A stretch of DNA of 64,000 nt from Camelus dromedarius (GCF_036321535.1 NC_087447.1:44394001-44458000), one strand, 5' to 3'. Positions 11,701 to 23,374 are shown, numbered from the stretch's first letter. The notes: generated by a model from the letters alone, not told the origin. Program-made: numbers and translations.

Positions 11701-14700
11701 TTTCCATTTGTCAGTTTGCCCTCCCCCTCCTCATACCTAATCCCTGCAATTCTCAAATTGAATTCTCCCTCTGGTCTCTCAGTCAAATTAGGAGGAGCTG
11801 GCAGCAAGCAAGGAAATCAACAAAGGAGCAGAAGGACAATTACAAGAATCAGCAGATGTGTCGTGTCTCTACCCCCATTGTGTCCTTTCTTAGAATTGGA
11901 AATGACTTCTCTGCCTCCAAATCTCAGATCATGAACTGTCTTCTCACTAAACGAAAGCATGATGTCTTTTTTCACCGACACTGCAAAGGGAGCAGCAGGA
12001 ACTCTCTCTTGATGGGAGGTGTGGTGGAAGTTGCCTGGTTCTGTCCTGGCGGGGAAGATGAGGACAGATTTGACAACTGCTTGACCTTCACCAATCTTCA
12101 CGGAGATGCAAAGGAACATAAGAAGCAACTCACATTTTTGCTGGAGGTCTCTTCTCTCATTGTGGTCCTCATGTCAACTTCTGATGACAATAAAGAAAAC
12201 CGAAAAATTATCCATGACCTGTGTCAGGCATCAAAACCTTTAATCTGTTTGCTTGATGATAAAGAAAAACTGATGGCCAATACTTCTGGCCTAAGGGTGA
12301 AAATTGGAATTAGGAACAGAAATGAAGCAGAATTAATAGAGGAGCTCACAATTACAATCAGATGGTTGCTAGAGCTCTCTGACACCACTCTCAGCCTGGA
12401 GGATTGTGCCCAAGTTGCTCGCAAGCAAGGACTGCTTATTGATGAAGACCAGAGAGATTGCAAAGAAGCCAAAGAAAAGGCAGAGGTTCTAATGGCCCTA
12501 CTGGAAGAAGTGAAAATATCTCAGATGAAGGAAAACTTACTACCCCTTCAGGGAAAACTGTGGCAACTTTGGTGTAAAAAGGACAAAGAACTCTATCATC
12601 TAAGAGAAAAGGGGAATCGGACCATCGAACAACACAAGAGTGAGATTGAGATGGAGAAACAATTAATACGACAGGAACAGCTGAACAGAGCCTTTCCTCT
12701 CAATAGTTTAATACATTCTGTCCTTGAAATTCTCCAAAATCATTCAGAAACTCACACCAAACTCTACTTCTTGCAATGGCTGAGTGTGTTTTTAGACAAA
12801 TTGACTGCAGGACACTTGGAAAAGCTAAATGAGAAGAAAAAGGCTTTGTGGTCACTGGTCCAAAAAGAAAAGCAAGAGGCACCAAAAAGTAAGTCCCTGA
12901 AAGCCTGGCAAAGTGAGATAGAAGCTATCTCCAGAGAGATTAGTGACTGTTCCTTAGGAACTGAGCAAATTCTCAGAGAAGTTGGCCAGATCTATGAAGC
13001 TCTGGAGGAAGCTTCCTCTACTTTGGGGGAAGCTTTTATTGATAGTCTCCTTCTCTCCCTTCCCCACATTGCTGCAGATCTGATGATATCTGGGGTTCCC
13101 ATTGAGCTGATGGATGGGGATGCTTCATATGTACCCCTAAAGTGGGTGGCAGCTGTTTTCGACCAGGTATCTGAGAAACTTGGAAACAAACGGCTGTTTG
13201 TTCTCTCAATCCTTGGCCTACAGAGCTCAGGGAAATCCACCCTGCTGAATGCCCTTTTTGGGCTGCAGTTCACTGTCAGTGCTGGGAGGTGTACCCGGGG
13301 GGCCTATATGCAGCTCCTGAAGGTGGAGGAGACATTCACAGAGGAACTTGGTTTCGACTTCATGCTTGTTGTCGATACAGAAGGACTTCGGGCCCCAGAA
13401 CTCAGCAACAAGTCCCAGAATCGGGACAATGAGCTGGCAACCTTTGTCATTGGACTTGGAAACTTGACTCTGATCAATATTTTTGGGGAAAATCCATCAG
13501 AAATGCAGGATATTCTACAAATAGTCGTCCAAGCTTTTCTGAGGATGAAACAAGTAAAAATCTCTCCCAGTTGCCTCTTTGTCCATCAGAATGTGGGGGA
13601 AGTTACAGCTAAAGACCAAACTATGGAAGGACGAAGGTGGCTAGAGCAGAGGCTAGATGAAATGGCAGCAACAGCTGCTGAAGAAGAACAGTGCTCAGAT
13701 GTAACCCGCTTTAGTGATGTCATTAAGTTTGATGTCAATACTCACGTCTACTACTTTGCTCACCTCTGGGATGGCAATCCTCCAATGGCCCCTCCCAACC
13801 CTCGTTACAGCCACAACGTCCAGGAGCTGAAAAGCAGAATTCTTTTGGCTGCCAAACAGGAGTGTAGGGGCAGCATCATGAAGATATCAGATGTAAAATT
13901 CCGAATTCAAGATTTGTGGAGAGCCCTGTTGAATGAGAACTTTATTTTCAGTTTCAGGAACACAAGAGAGGTCATGGCCATGAGCAAATTGGAAACCATG
14001 TATAACTACTGGACCTGGGAGCTGAGGAGTCATGTGCTGACCTTGCAGGACCAGCTGATCAACCAGATTCAGAACGGAAAAATCCAGACACCAGAAACAC
14101 ACATGCTTAAGGCTCCAGTTACAGGAAAATATGAAGCCATCAAGAAAGAACTTGAAAAATTCTTTAATGAAGATCCGGATAGTGAAGTACTGGTTCAGTG
14201 GAAAGGAAATTTTGAAAACAAGCTAATGAACCTTAAAGAGAAACTAATTTTAGACAGCCAAAGTAAAGTCCAAGAACTTATTAGCTTTAAAAAAAATCAA
14301 GAAAAACTGGATAACAAAAAATCTGGTTATGAAAAGGAATTATTGGAAAAAAGCCGAAAGTTGGCTTTAACTGTAAAGGGCACAGAACTGAGTGAGGAAG
14401 AACTACATGAGAAATTCAACCCACTTTGGGAAAAATGGGTCTGTGATGTGTCCTCAAATCTCCCGCCAGTTACAGAGCCTAATATTGAAGTGGATTCTGA
14501 AAGCATCCTCTTGGATTATTTCAAAAAGGAGAAATATATGCTGATGGACAGACTGAAGAAAAATTCTGGAGAAAAGTTTCAAATCAAATATGACAAACAT
14601 ATCAAGATGAACAAGAGATATTTAAACATTTATCCACTGACATTAGAGCCCCAGGATATGGAGTCTATAAATATCACTACTGACCAAATTATTTCAAAAT

Positions 14701-16025
14701 TTAGTGAAGCTATTAACAGCATTAGTAGGCAAAGGCATGATTACCATCCAAGTTATTTCTATGAAATCCTGAAAATCATAGATGAGGAGGTGAAATCTGC
14801 TCCCACTCAGGAAAGATACACAGTTACAAGAAAATATGAAATTGACTTATCATTGTGTTTATTCCGAAGTGCAGCCATGAAGTTTAAGGAGATACACAAG
14901 GCATTCAAGAGAGCAAATGATCCTGTGAACTATCTAGAAAGCAAGAAAGATGATTTCTTCATGAGTTTTAAGATCTCTTGTCAAGGAGCAACCTCAATCA
15001 AAACATTTGTTGATTTTCTGTGGCACAAACTCACCCCTGCTATCTCCACCACTGTAAGGAAAACCATGGCCCCCAAAATTGGTGGGGACATGCGAGCTAC
15101 CTGCCCAGCATTCAGTGGAAACAGGGCTAATCTGGAGAAACACATTCTCATCTCTCTGGCAGAAGAGGAAAATTTTGATAACTACTGGCAGTACCTTCGT
15201 AATTCAGAATCATTTTTTAAGAATTACATTGAAAACTGTATTAAAAGATATTGTTCTGAGCAAAGAAATGAAAAAATGAAGACTTTTTTAAAAATAAGTT
15301 TAGATGACATCAAGAATGCCATCCTCTCAGCCATTCATGCATCCACAGCAATAGCTAAAGACAAAAGCAGCACAGTGTCTGAGTGGTTGGATTTGTTCTG
15401 TGATCACCTGGGGGGTAACTTGATCTTTCCACGAAAAGACTTGGTAAGCATTGAACACCAGGAGATAAAAGACATTGAGTTTCTCAAAGAAGCCATGAGT
15501 AAGGCTTTGGATCCTGAAATGGAGAAAGCAGCACAGAAGTGTTTGTGTACGCTTGTAGAAGACATTGTTCCTGAAATCCAGAAAATGCTCTCTGAACATC
15601 TCTGTGGCTGCTGGAAACAGTGTCCCTTATGTACAGCAATTTGTACAAACACAATCCCCACCCATGAAGGAGACCATAGTGTTCCCTTCCACCGTCCAGA
15701 GGCTCTCAGTGGAAGGCATTGGCATCAAACAGATCAGTTTAACATTAATTTTTGTACTAGCATGGTAGCAAGTGATTGTTTCTTGCGTTTCGAAGATGGC
15801 AGGAAAATTCCATATAAGAACTATCGACAGGCAGGAGGGGAGTATGCCAAATGGAGTATCACCCCAGACACATCCACCCAGCCATACTGGAAATGGTTTG
15901 TCTCTCACTTCAGATCACAGCTGGAAGAAAAATATCACAGTAAATTTATAGGTAAAGGTGCAATTCCTGATGCATGGAACAAAATTACAAAGCTGGAGGT
16001 GCTTGATTACTTGAAAAATAATTAA
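8718..16025 (+). CDS. GVIN1: Interferon-induced very large GTPase 1 (GVIN1/VLIG-1), single coding exon, 2435 aa
   Basis: Uninterrupted 7.3-kb ORF. G1 GLQSSGKS (13215-13238), G2-like GRCTRG, G3 DTEG (13374-13385), then LWDGNPPMAPPNPRYS and C-terminal GCWKQCPLC typical of the VLIG/URGCP family. The ORF track start at 8697 is a GTG in the intron; the likely start is ATG 8718 in a strong Kozak (gccATGg). Upstream of MRPL17 in the same orientation, as for human GVINP1. Confidence 0.93.
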   Translation: MDTGDDNEPLLRGKRGQDLQGRLREVGLAVEFWLPKLQEHLGVTCAQALQHLEEEDLQKLKSLTQHSWEKKALERLLNQSHSNSLSQLQECQVKTIQKKQKQAEETLQELEELLSEGRQRQEEAVRKKEEELRQALEIPKEYWPPPEKSLQEVTENLQKQLNHTEGTLSHRKNLPDGELVRYASGGLALQGIYKTSDKGSLIEKREELLSVPKEFSLCGPQQGTQMKTIEFTSSQAESMFTQTIEKLGFSATALAKGGGWGLSLKAGMDQKKDSESEERRQSHSKHSYFCSTKFNYIPLASCHFAVDQLQFSKAALQELKCIEDLLGQPTDSDRLPLLRRRTEEFFQRFGSHANQGPFHLGGIYWWKAISEGFQSEQLEAVKQQTAEALDIYITGSYTGFGVKGAAGVNVSQSHSKIASQSSSLQNLQTKVQLSVVQTGGPPEANGLLQWKTGLVANNQTWCVIDRGNQLVPIWDIILSSNRSDFKDPFQVANCLKQSYTALTGLTAQIQEGEELLNAEKTATVFLDNVKSWEVSDPEEQLKKLIHFMQMLTQKIKSYDFWIHRCLTDWGLQNFLINTVNFCKKSSIYGTEFIKSQLRSLLDPHIYRVSNFPQADSIMQWIFQSEPEQEHVNITKFSELIKILEKNKNDLMEGKAKSESTESVEEAQVKATYEVSVSLGCFLNYLRETGQQDTHILLLSIATGAGYHGVNNTFQYLLGCDELDFLLNKMQSAKGKYKELKNICDYRAHAFLVLTGLTATAGIKAVSPEEKTQRLALVRHHMAQSLSKEVVQLLSKPGADHNWENLEKDLRSLIDGDYGDTISSLQRDEVRKQLQSLFYEKKQSHKSHDNENNKHKVTENQTFLELLQRLNLEHYYPKKMSTANFHQIYKKSVHNTQPCSERELPFYFLQKLLMLDYGLRYLIIKDGGYTEKQVYPSTSNQENDTFDPYEDLFEDNDSLTNSSAPNVTPYIHPMDIQMAILYCADVLSRQYILAKLSICQFALPLLIPNPCNSQIEFSLWSLSQIRRSWQQARKSTKEQKDNYKNQQMCRVSTPIVSFLRIGNDFSASKSQIMNCLLTKRKHDVFFHRHCKGSSRNSLLMGGVVEVAWFCPGGEDEDRFDNCLTFTNLHGDAKEHKKQLTFLLEVSSLIVVLMSTSDDNKENRKIIHDLCQASKPLICLLDDKEKLMANTSGLRVKIGIRNRNEAELIEELTITIRWLLELSDTTLSLEDCAQVARKQGLLIDEDQRDCKEAKEKAEVLMALLEEVKISQMKENLLPLQGKLWQLWCKKDKELYHLREKGNRTIEQHKSEIEMEKQLIRQEQLNRAFPLNSLIHSVLEILQNHSETHTKLYFLQWLSVFLDKLTAGHLEKLNEKKKALWSLVQKEKQEAPKSKSLKAWQSEIEAISREISDCSLGTEQILREVGQIYEALEEASSTLGEAFIDSLLLSLPHIAADLMISGVPIELMDGDASYVPLKWVAAVFDQVSEKLGNKRLFVLSILGLQSSGKSTLLNALFGLQFTVSAGRCTRGAYMQLLKVEETFTEELGFDFMLVVDTEGLRAPELSNKSQNRDNELATFVIGLGNLTLINIFGENPSEMQDILQIVVQAFLRMKQVKISPSCLFVHQNVGEVTAKDQTMEGRRWLEQRLDEMAATAAEEEQCSDVTRFSDVIKFDVNTHVYYFAHLWDGNPPMAPPNPRYSHNVQELKSRILLAAKQECRGSIMKISDVKFRIQDLWRALLNENFIFSFRNTREVMAMSKLETMYNYWTWELRSHVLTLQDQLINQIQNGKIQTPETHMLKAPVTGKYEAIKKELEKFFNEDPDSEVLVQWKGNFENKLMNLKEKLILDSQSKVQELISFKKNQEKLDNKKSGYEKELLEKSRKLALTVKGTELSEEELHEKFNPLWEKWVCDVSSNLPPVTEPNIEVDSESILLDYFKKEKYMLMDRLKKNSGEKFQIKYDKHIKMNKRYLNIYPLTLEPQDMESINITTDQIISKFSEAINSISRQRHDYHPSYFYEILKIIDEEVKSAPTQERYTVTRKYEIDLSLCLFRSAAMKFKEIHKAFKRANDPVNYLESKKDDFFMSFKISCQGATSIKTFVDFLWHKLTPAISTTVRKTMAPKIGGDMRATCPAFSGNRANLEKHILISLAEEENFDNYWQYLRNSESFFKNYIENCIKRYCSEQRNEKMKTFLKISLDDIKNAILSAIHASTAIAKDKSSTVSEWLDLFCDHLGGNLIFPRKDLVSIEHQEIKDIEFLKEAMSKALDPEMEKAAQKCLCTLVEDIVPEIQKMLSEHLCGCWKQCPLCTAICTNTIPTHEGDHSVPFHRPEALSGRHWHQTDQFNINFCTSMVASDCFLRFEDGRKIPYKNYRQAGGEYAKWSITPDTSTQPYWKWFVSHFRSQLEEKYHSKFIGKGAIPDAWNKITKLEVLDYLKNN

Positions 16026-16269
16026 TACTCAATAACTACAAAAGAGACCCAGTATCTGAACAAAGAGGCACATTACCCAAACAATCTTAAAATACCACCT
16101 CCACATAATGAAAGCCCTCATTGTAGATTTTTCAGATGAAGCATCTAAAACTATGTCAATTAACAGCAAGAGTTGAAGATTTGCCAGGAAAGGACTTCAT
16201 TTTTCTCTGCCTCAATTCCTTCTGCTTTAAAAACAAATTACTAAAATATATGAGTGCATGATACACTCA

Positions 16270-17768
16270 AATAAAATCATTTAAAGTACCTACTTCATAT
16301 TTTAAACTATTATTCTGAATGTTGTTTTTTATTTTTAATATAGAATGTTATATAAAGTCTCAGGTAAATAATTTTCATAGAAGGAAGTTAAAATCATTGT
16401 ACACTGCTACAAATTGTACAGAATAAATATATGGCTATTTCAATTAATATACACTTCTTGACTGCAAGCTACAAATTGTTTTCTCTTTTAACTGTATTTT
16501 TTTCATACTCTGAAACTGTGAAGAAGAGTATTAATGCTTGCGTGCAAAAACACTCGTGAAAGTTTCATGATTCCCAATTCCAAAACAGAGTGCTATTTAG
16601 GTATATACTGTTAAGAAAAAAAACAGAAACTTGACCAGAATAGTGCCTGCATCAATTCAGGAAACATTATCAAACAAATTTTGAAAGTAGAAATTATATA
16701 ATTTTTTTCCCTCATTTAACCGTCACCCTCTTCTTCCCTGGCAACTTGGCACTTGCCTCTGCATGTTTTTTTAAAGAAAAGAAAAAGAAAACATTCACAG
16801 GAGCTTATACAAGTCTGAGTAGGAATGGTTTATGGAATGAAATTTATGACCAGGTGAAAAGGGCCATTTTAATCAAGGCTTTGGACAAGGTCAAATTTGA
16901 TTAATCTATTAATGATTTTAAAAACTACTCCTTCAAGATTAAAATATCAAAAATATATAGTTTTTAACATGGTGATATTTTGATAAGACATGCTTTTTAA
17001 GTATTAAAGTATAAGAAAATGCTTATCTCCAAATTAGGCACCCTTGTGACTTTTCACACTATTTGATCCATAGAATCATGGTCACAAATAAACATGAAAA
17101 GCACCCTAAAGCCAACCAAGGATCTGAGAGGGGGAAAAATCACCATTCTGCAAACCTATACCTTCTGAAACATGACTTACGCTAGGTTCTCAAAGGTGAT
17201 GATCTAAAGTAGTCCTGATACTAAGAAGAAAATTTCTTCATACCTGACATAAGGGCTTCCATTGCCTTCCATTTAAGGGCACACTCTCTACCCTCCACAG
17301 CCAGTGAAGACAGACAGTCCAAAGAACAGCTGTCAAAGGACTTGGGTCTTCAGAGCTGGGAGACAGGAGTGCTGACTGTGCTATCTTTGTACCCTCAAGG
17401 GCATCCAGCATACTCTGTTTCTGGTCAAATCACCATGTCTCCAGAAGAAATCCTGGAACAGAAACATTATATGGGAAACTGATGTTCTTGCACAGTAAGC
17501 TTTTCCTTTTGTTCCCTAAAAAGTAGTCTCACTGAGAGTTGGAAGGACCTCCTAATATGATAAAGTTGAAATAGTGATAAAAACAGAACCCACGCATAAT
17601 ATAGCACCTGTGTCTGACATCACTGCATCCTTGAAAACTGTGCAATATTAACACTTGCTGAATGTTTTTCATATTTGTTTAATGAACCATTTAAGCTTTT
17701 AACTAAGAAGTTTTATGTATCATTCACTAACTTTGATTTTGAAGTTGAAAGTATCATGTACAAATAAA
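16270..17768 (+). terminator. Candidate GVIN1 polyadenylation signals in the 3' UTR
   Basis: AATAAA at 16270, 16422, 17087 and 17763 in AT-rich non-repeat sequence after the stop; the one used cannot be determined from sequence. Confidence 0.45.
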
Positions 17769-18422
17769 AAAATTTTATAAATTCCTCAGGCATTTAAGCA
17801 GAGTGATTATTAAATGAAATCCAGAGGCTGTGGTCAAGAATCCCCCCAAAACTGGCAAGAAGTAAGTTGGGATAGAGTGAAGAAGGCTATGTGTGAATGT
17901 GGTTTTTGGTAACAGTAGTGGAGAGTAAAGTGCTATCAAGGTGGGGTCAGGAGTAAAGGGTCAGCGGGTTATGGTCCCTGAGAAAGATCTTAGGAACAGT
18001 GGAGTAGAGTGAATGGAGTGAGTAGGGATGAGAATTATATCATCATCAAAAGTGGGAGACAAGGGCTCAGCATAGGTCACAGGAGTAGAGATGGCCAGAT
18101 TTGTAAGGTCAATAGAGGTAGCGTTCACATGGGCAGTGGAATGGGTCTCCCTGAGTCACTGAAAGTGGGGATCACAGAAACACAGGAATTAGGAGTCACC
18201 AAATCAGTAGATTTAGGGGATTTCCAAAGTAAGTTAAGCAAGAGAGCACAAGGCCTGTAGGGATGGGGCTAGGAGGATGATGGATTGTTACAAAGTTCAA
18301 ACCACATGAATAACATGTGAGTTGCTTTAATGAAGATGGAAATTTGCACTAAAAAGTTTTCAACTAGGTCTCTCTCTCAGAAAGAGTGGATATAAACGTG
18401 GGAAAGTCAACTGAAAGAGGTG

Positions 18423-18775
18423 TGTTATGGATGAATATTTGTGTCACCCCAAAATTCGTATGTTGAAGCCCTAATTCCCAATGTGATTTTTAGAGGGGAT
18501 CTTGGGAGATAATTAGGGTGAGATGAGTTCATGAGCGAAGGGTCTTCATGACTGGATTAATGCCCTTATAAGAAGAGACACCAGATCTTTCTAATATCAA
18601 GGAAAGAATATGTGAGCACACTGCTATAAGGCAAGCCAGGAAGAGACCGCTCATCAGGAACGGAATCAGCTGTATCTTGATGTTAGATGCTCTAGAACTG
18701 TAAGGAATAAATGTCCATTGTCTAAGGCACCTATTCTATGGTGTTTTGCTATGGCAGCCAAAACTGACTAAGACA
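18423..18775 (+). mobile_element. MaLR solo LTR (MLT1-like)
   Basis: TGTTATGG...aaaattcgtatgttgaagccctaa...gcagccaaaactgactaagACA, the characteristic MLT1 termini. Confidence 0.75.
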
Positions 18776-19044
18776 GGGTTTGTCTGAAAATTGGCCCCCT
18801 TAAGGTTTGGGATGCTTTTCCCATGGAAAAAGGCATATGAAGCAAACAAGTTTTTATTTTATACCCTTCATTCAAAACTGTAATTCTCTTTAATCATTTG
18901 AGTACTTCAGGAAGGTCTAAAAAAGCCATTCAGCCCTTTCTAGTAGTCTAGTGACACCTGGATAGATAAAACAGTGAAGGAAAGTGTTGAGTATTACCAC
19001 TAATAGTATCATGATCATTATTAATTCGGTATCTTTGCAGTATT

Positions 19045-19910
19045 AGTGCCTGTGACATCTTAGGCAGGTACTTTAACCTCTCTATGTTCAAGTGCCCTGT
19101 AGGTTAGGGTGCATTTCTGATTATACTGTTAGGAAGAATAAATGAATTTCTTCTCTTCTGCTACATCACTCTTCTTTGCTGGTTCTTCCACTTTCATCAG
19201 TCTCTCAGCGCTTTACCCCAAGAGCTAAATCTTTGGTCTTCCTTTTATAACTAGACTCTCTCTGTCTCTCTTAAGGAATTACCAGTCCCCATCATATTAA
19301 GTACCACTTACACATCGATGACTCCTAATACATATGTCTCACCACATCTCTCACCAAATGTCAAACACCTGCCTACTCACCATCTCCACTTGGATATCTT
19401 CAAGACATCTCAAGCTTAACATGCTCAAAACTGGATTCTAAATATCCTCTCACTCATACCCTTCTTTTACCCACAGCTTTCCTCTTTGCCATTAAAGGAA
19501 AATCCATTGTCTCAATCCCCTGGGCCAAAAAAATACTCTAAAGCAACCATATTTCTTCTCACCACTCATTCATTGCTAAATACTGAAGAATCTACTGTAA
19601 AAATATATCCTAACTCCAACCATTTACCAACATTCCACTGCAGGCACTGAGGTTCAATAGCCTCCAAACAGATCACCACAACCACATCCAACATAGCAGT
19701 CAGAAAGCTTTTTTAAAATGTAACCTAGATCATTTCAATCCTTTGTTCAAATCCCTGAAGTAGCTCCATTTTCATTCAGTGTGAAAGTCAAAGTCACCAC
19801 AAGAGTCATCAAGGTGTTATACAATGTGATGTGATATGATGTGATATGGCCCTTAGTTGCCATTCTGGTCTATTTCTGTCCCCCTTGGTCACTCACTCCA
19901 GCCATTCTCA
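19045..19910 (+). mobile_element. MIR fragment followed by L2 fragment
   Basis: MIR core-like tgtgacatcttaggcaggtactttaacctctct; L2-like catctccacttggatatct...catctcaagcttaacatg. Confidence 0.6.
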
Positions 19911-19929
19911 AAAGATGACTGAGTCCTCA

Positions 19930-22900
19930 GGATTAAGGTCCCTGCAGCATTGTGGCAAATATATACTGTAATGGTTCCTAAAAGTACCTACCAGTATTTA
20001 TAAAGATAAATATACACTGGGGAAAGTGGAGTACCCAGACATTTTCAGAATTATTGCACACGAGGTCTGTGTTGACACTGACATCTAGAGAAACAAAGTA
20101 TCATTATTCATAATTGGGGGCTAGGTAATAACTGGGGTCCTGGCTAAAGTCAAGCTTACAGTCAGTCCACTGGGCCCACAGATCCACAGAGTGGTCTGTC
20201 CCCAGTCCCCGAGTGTGTAATCAAGGAATGACAAAATTGTCAGTGGGACTAACCCTTCCATGGGGTCCTTGTCTTATGATGTAAGTGTTATAATAATGAG
20301 AAAGGGTAGGCAGAAGCCTTCAAAATTCCCCTACACCCTGGCAAGTTAATACATCTTTGTAAAAAATCACAACACAGGTGAACGCAAGATTATTACCACC
20401 ATTAAAGACTTAAAGCAGTGGTTGCCCCTATCATATTTCCATTTAATTTGCCAGTCTGGCTCCTGCAGTAACAGATGGATCCTAAAACATTCCTGTAAAC
20501 TGCTGCAAGCTCAACCAGTAGTAGCCCCTACTGTAGGTTCTGTACTGGCCAAGGTAATACTGCTAGAGCTAAGGCCTAAGGTACATAGTATTTGCCATCG
20601 ATTTGGCAAATGCATTTTTTTTCTCTTTCACTGATAAGGCACTTTTAGAAACACTATATTCATTAAAGGCACAAATATATTTATTTATAGTTTTGTCCCA
20701 GGGCTCTATTAACTCTCCCACTTTCTGCTATAAGATAATGGTAAGGAAAGGGGACAATCCCACAGAATATCACTTTGATCATTTATAGGATGACATCCTG
20801 TCAATTGACCAGGAAAAGTAAGAAGTGCTGAGAGAGTTCATGGCCTTGTTAAGACATGTGTCCAGAGGGTGAGAGATAAACCCTACAAAGATTTAGGGAT
20901 TTGCCATAACAAAAGATTTTTAAGTGGTCAAATTATACCGTTCAAAGTAAAAGACAAATAACTGCATCTTGCATTCCCTACAATGAAAAATAAAGCACAG
21001 CACCTGGTGGGCCACTACTCATTCTGAAAGCAACATATTCCACACCTAGGAATACTTCTCTGGCCCATGTATCAGGTAACAAGGAAGTCTGCCGTCTCCG
21101 AATGGGGTCAGAGGGGGAAGGATTCTCCAACAGGTTCAGGCTGTGATACAAGCTGACCAACTGCTGAGCCATATGACCCAGCAGGCCCTATGCAGCTGGA
21201 GTTGTCAATTTTGATAAACAATTCACTGTGGAGTTCATGGCAGAGATAAGCAAATCATGGTTTCTGGGCTGAGCTGGTATGCCATTATTTTTGGAAAAAA
21301 CATTTTATAAAAATACAGCCATGTTCATTCATGTGAATGTTGTCTATAGATGCTTTCACACTACAAAAGCAGAGTTGAGTAGTTCAAACAAAGAACATAT
21401 GGTTGACAAAGTCTTGAAAATTCACTATGGCTCATTATAGGAAAAGTTTTTTGTTTTTTTTTTTTATGCTTGGTTAATGGTAAGTCCCAGCAAGAGAATC
21501 ATAATGCAGGGGTTTGGGAATAAGGCCATGCCATGTGCAACAGAGAATTATATGCCTTTTGAATAGCAGCTTCTGGTCTGCCACTGATTCCTGGTAGTCA
21601 TGAAATGTTTGACCATGAGGCACAGGGTGAACATGTGAATGAAACTGCCCATTATGAGCTGGGTTATGTTGGATCCACCAAGGCATGCTGTTGCAAAGGC
21701 CCAGCAGTAATCCATTCAAAAATGGAAATGGTATATCCAAGGTCAAACCTGTTCAGGTATAGGAAACAGTATTACTCATGAGCAGGTAGCCCCAACCCAC
21801 ATGTCACCTACCATGGTTGCACCAGGAACCCTCTCCCAGCTCAATTTATAGCTTTATGGAGGGAGATGACATACAAACAGCTAAAGGAAGAAGAAAAAGC
21901 TAAGCTTGATTTTTGAACAGGTCAGCTTGATATTGGGTACAACCAGAGAATGGATGGTAGCTGCAATGAAGCTACATTCATAAATAGCCTTGAAAAGCAG
22001 TAGAGAGGGGAAAATCTTCCCAAATGGAAAAACTACAAATGTTGCTCCTAGTCATTGGCTTTGTATGCAGAGAGTAGTAGCGTGAGGTGAGAATATGTGC
22101 AGATTCCTAGGCAATCGCCAATAACCTCGCTGGCCAAAAAGCAATAAACTAAAAGATCAGAAATAAGGAGGCTTTGGGTAGAATATGTGGAGGGACAGAT
22201 GGCAGTGGGCACGAAGTGTGAACATCTTTATATCACACATACCCATCAGAAAGCACCCACCACTGAAGAGATCCTAAACAATCAGGTTGGAAAAATGACT
22301 TGACCAGTTCATGTTAACTGTTCTTCCTCATCAGCCTCCCAAGAACTGGCATGACAGGCATATATATGAAATGGTCACAATAGATATGTAGGCTATGCAT
22401 GGACCCAATAACAGGAACTTCCACTTACCAAGGTTAATCTACCTACTGCTCCCTCTGCATGTCCAATCTCCAACAACAGACACCTATGCTGGTCCATCAA
22501 TATGGCACAATTCCTCAAGGAAGTCAAATGGACACTTGTTGGCAAGTTAATTTCATTTTAATCCATCCATCTTGCAACGTCCAACACTTCATCCATATGG
22601 GGATTGATACCTATCCTAGGTATGGGTTTGCCTTTTCTGCTTGCAGAGCCTTGATCAGCACTAGTATCTAGAGGCTTACAGAATGCCTGATCCACAGGTA
22701 TGGTATCCTGACAGCTGAGGGTAAGGGAAACCTAGAATTTATAGTGAAGAAGGAAGAAATTGCCTTAGGTTATATCCCAAGGACCAATGGAAGCAATGTA
22801 GGCTATAATTCACCTCTAACTTTCGTCTTCTAAATTTCCCTTCAGAAATAGAGGCCCACAGACATCAAGAAGGAATTGCCCTCCAAACATGTTTGGAAAA

Positions 22901-23374
22901 GTAAATCTACATGGCATAAGAAATAGACTGTGCTGGCCTTATGGAGATCCACCACTTAGATCTTATTGAAGAAAACCTTCTGTGAACAGAGTTGACTGAC
23001 AGCCTCCACCTGCCACTTGATTGGATCTACCAGGATGCTCACACTGAGGCTACACCTTCCCCAGGCTGCCCTCAATGACTGAGGCATGTGAAGGCACAGT
23101 CTAGCCCATTATGGAGTTCCTTCAACTAGCAACCATTCCTCAGGATTCCCTGTATGTCTGGCCAAAATTTTCTTTAAACTCACAGTGGTCTAAGACTCTT
23201 TTTATCCCATCCTTCCTTCCCTTTCTACCTTCTCAGGTGTCAGATAGGCATGGTGGTCTGAAGGATTTCCTTGCCTATTGCTTTCTCCTCCTATATCATG
23301 TGCATTTCCTCCAATACGTCTCTTACATGTCTACTTCCATCTTGGTATCTGCTTCCTGAATGACCAAATTGACA
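19930..23374 (+). mobile_element. Degraded ERV-L (class III) provirus: pro-pol remnants plus 3' LTR (LTR16-like, about 22929-23374)
   Basis: Protease-like region near 20015-20220; RT-like VLSQGSINSP and YxDD region (about 20690-20800); integrase-like WQV...GIDTYPRYGFAF (about 22540-22640); LTR ends cttggtatctgcttcc...tgACA. Confidence 0.8.
21241..21450. mobile_element. hAT DNA transposon fragment (MER58-like) inside the ERV-L
   Basis: acagccatgttcattcat...gctttcacactacaaaagcagagttgagtagtt resembles MER58 and interrupts pol. Confidence 0.6.

Noticed and set aside
19930..22920. Domesticated ERV-L pol gene
   Set aside because: Only short broken ORFs remain and a DNA transposon interrupts the region.
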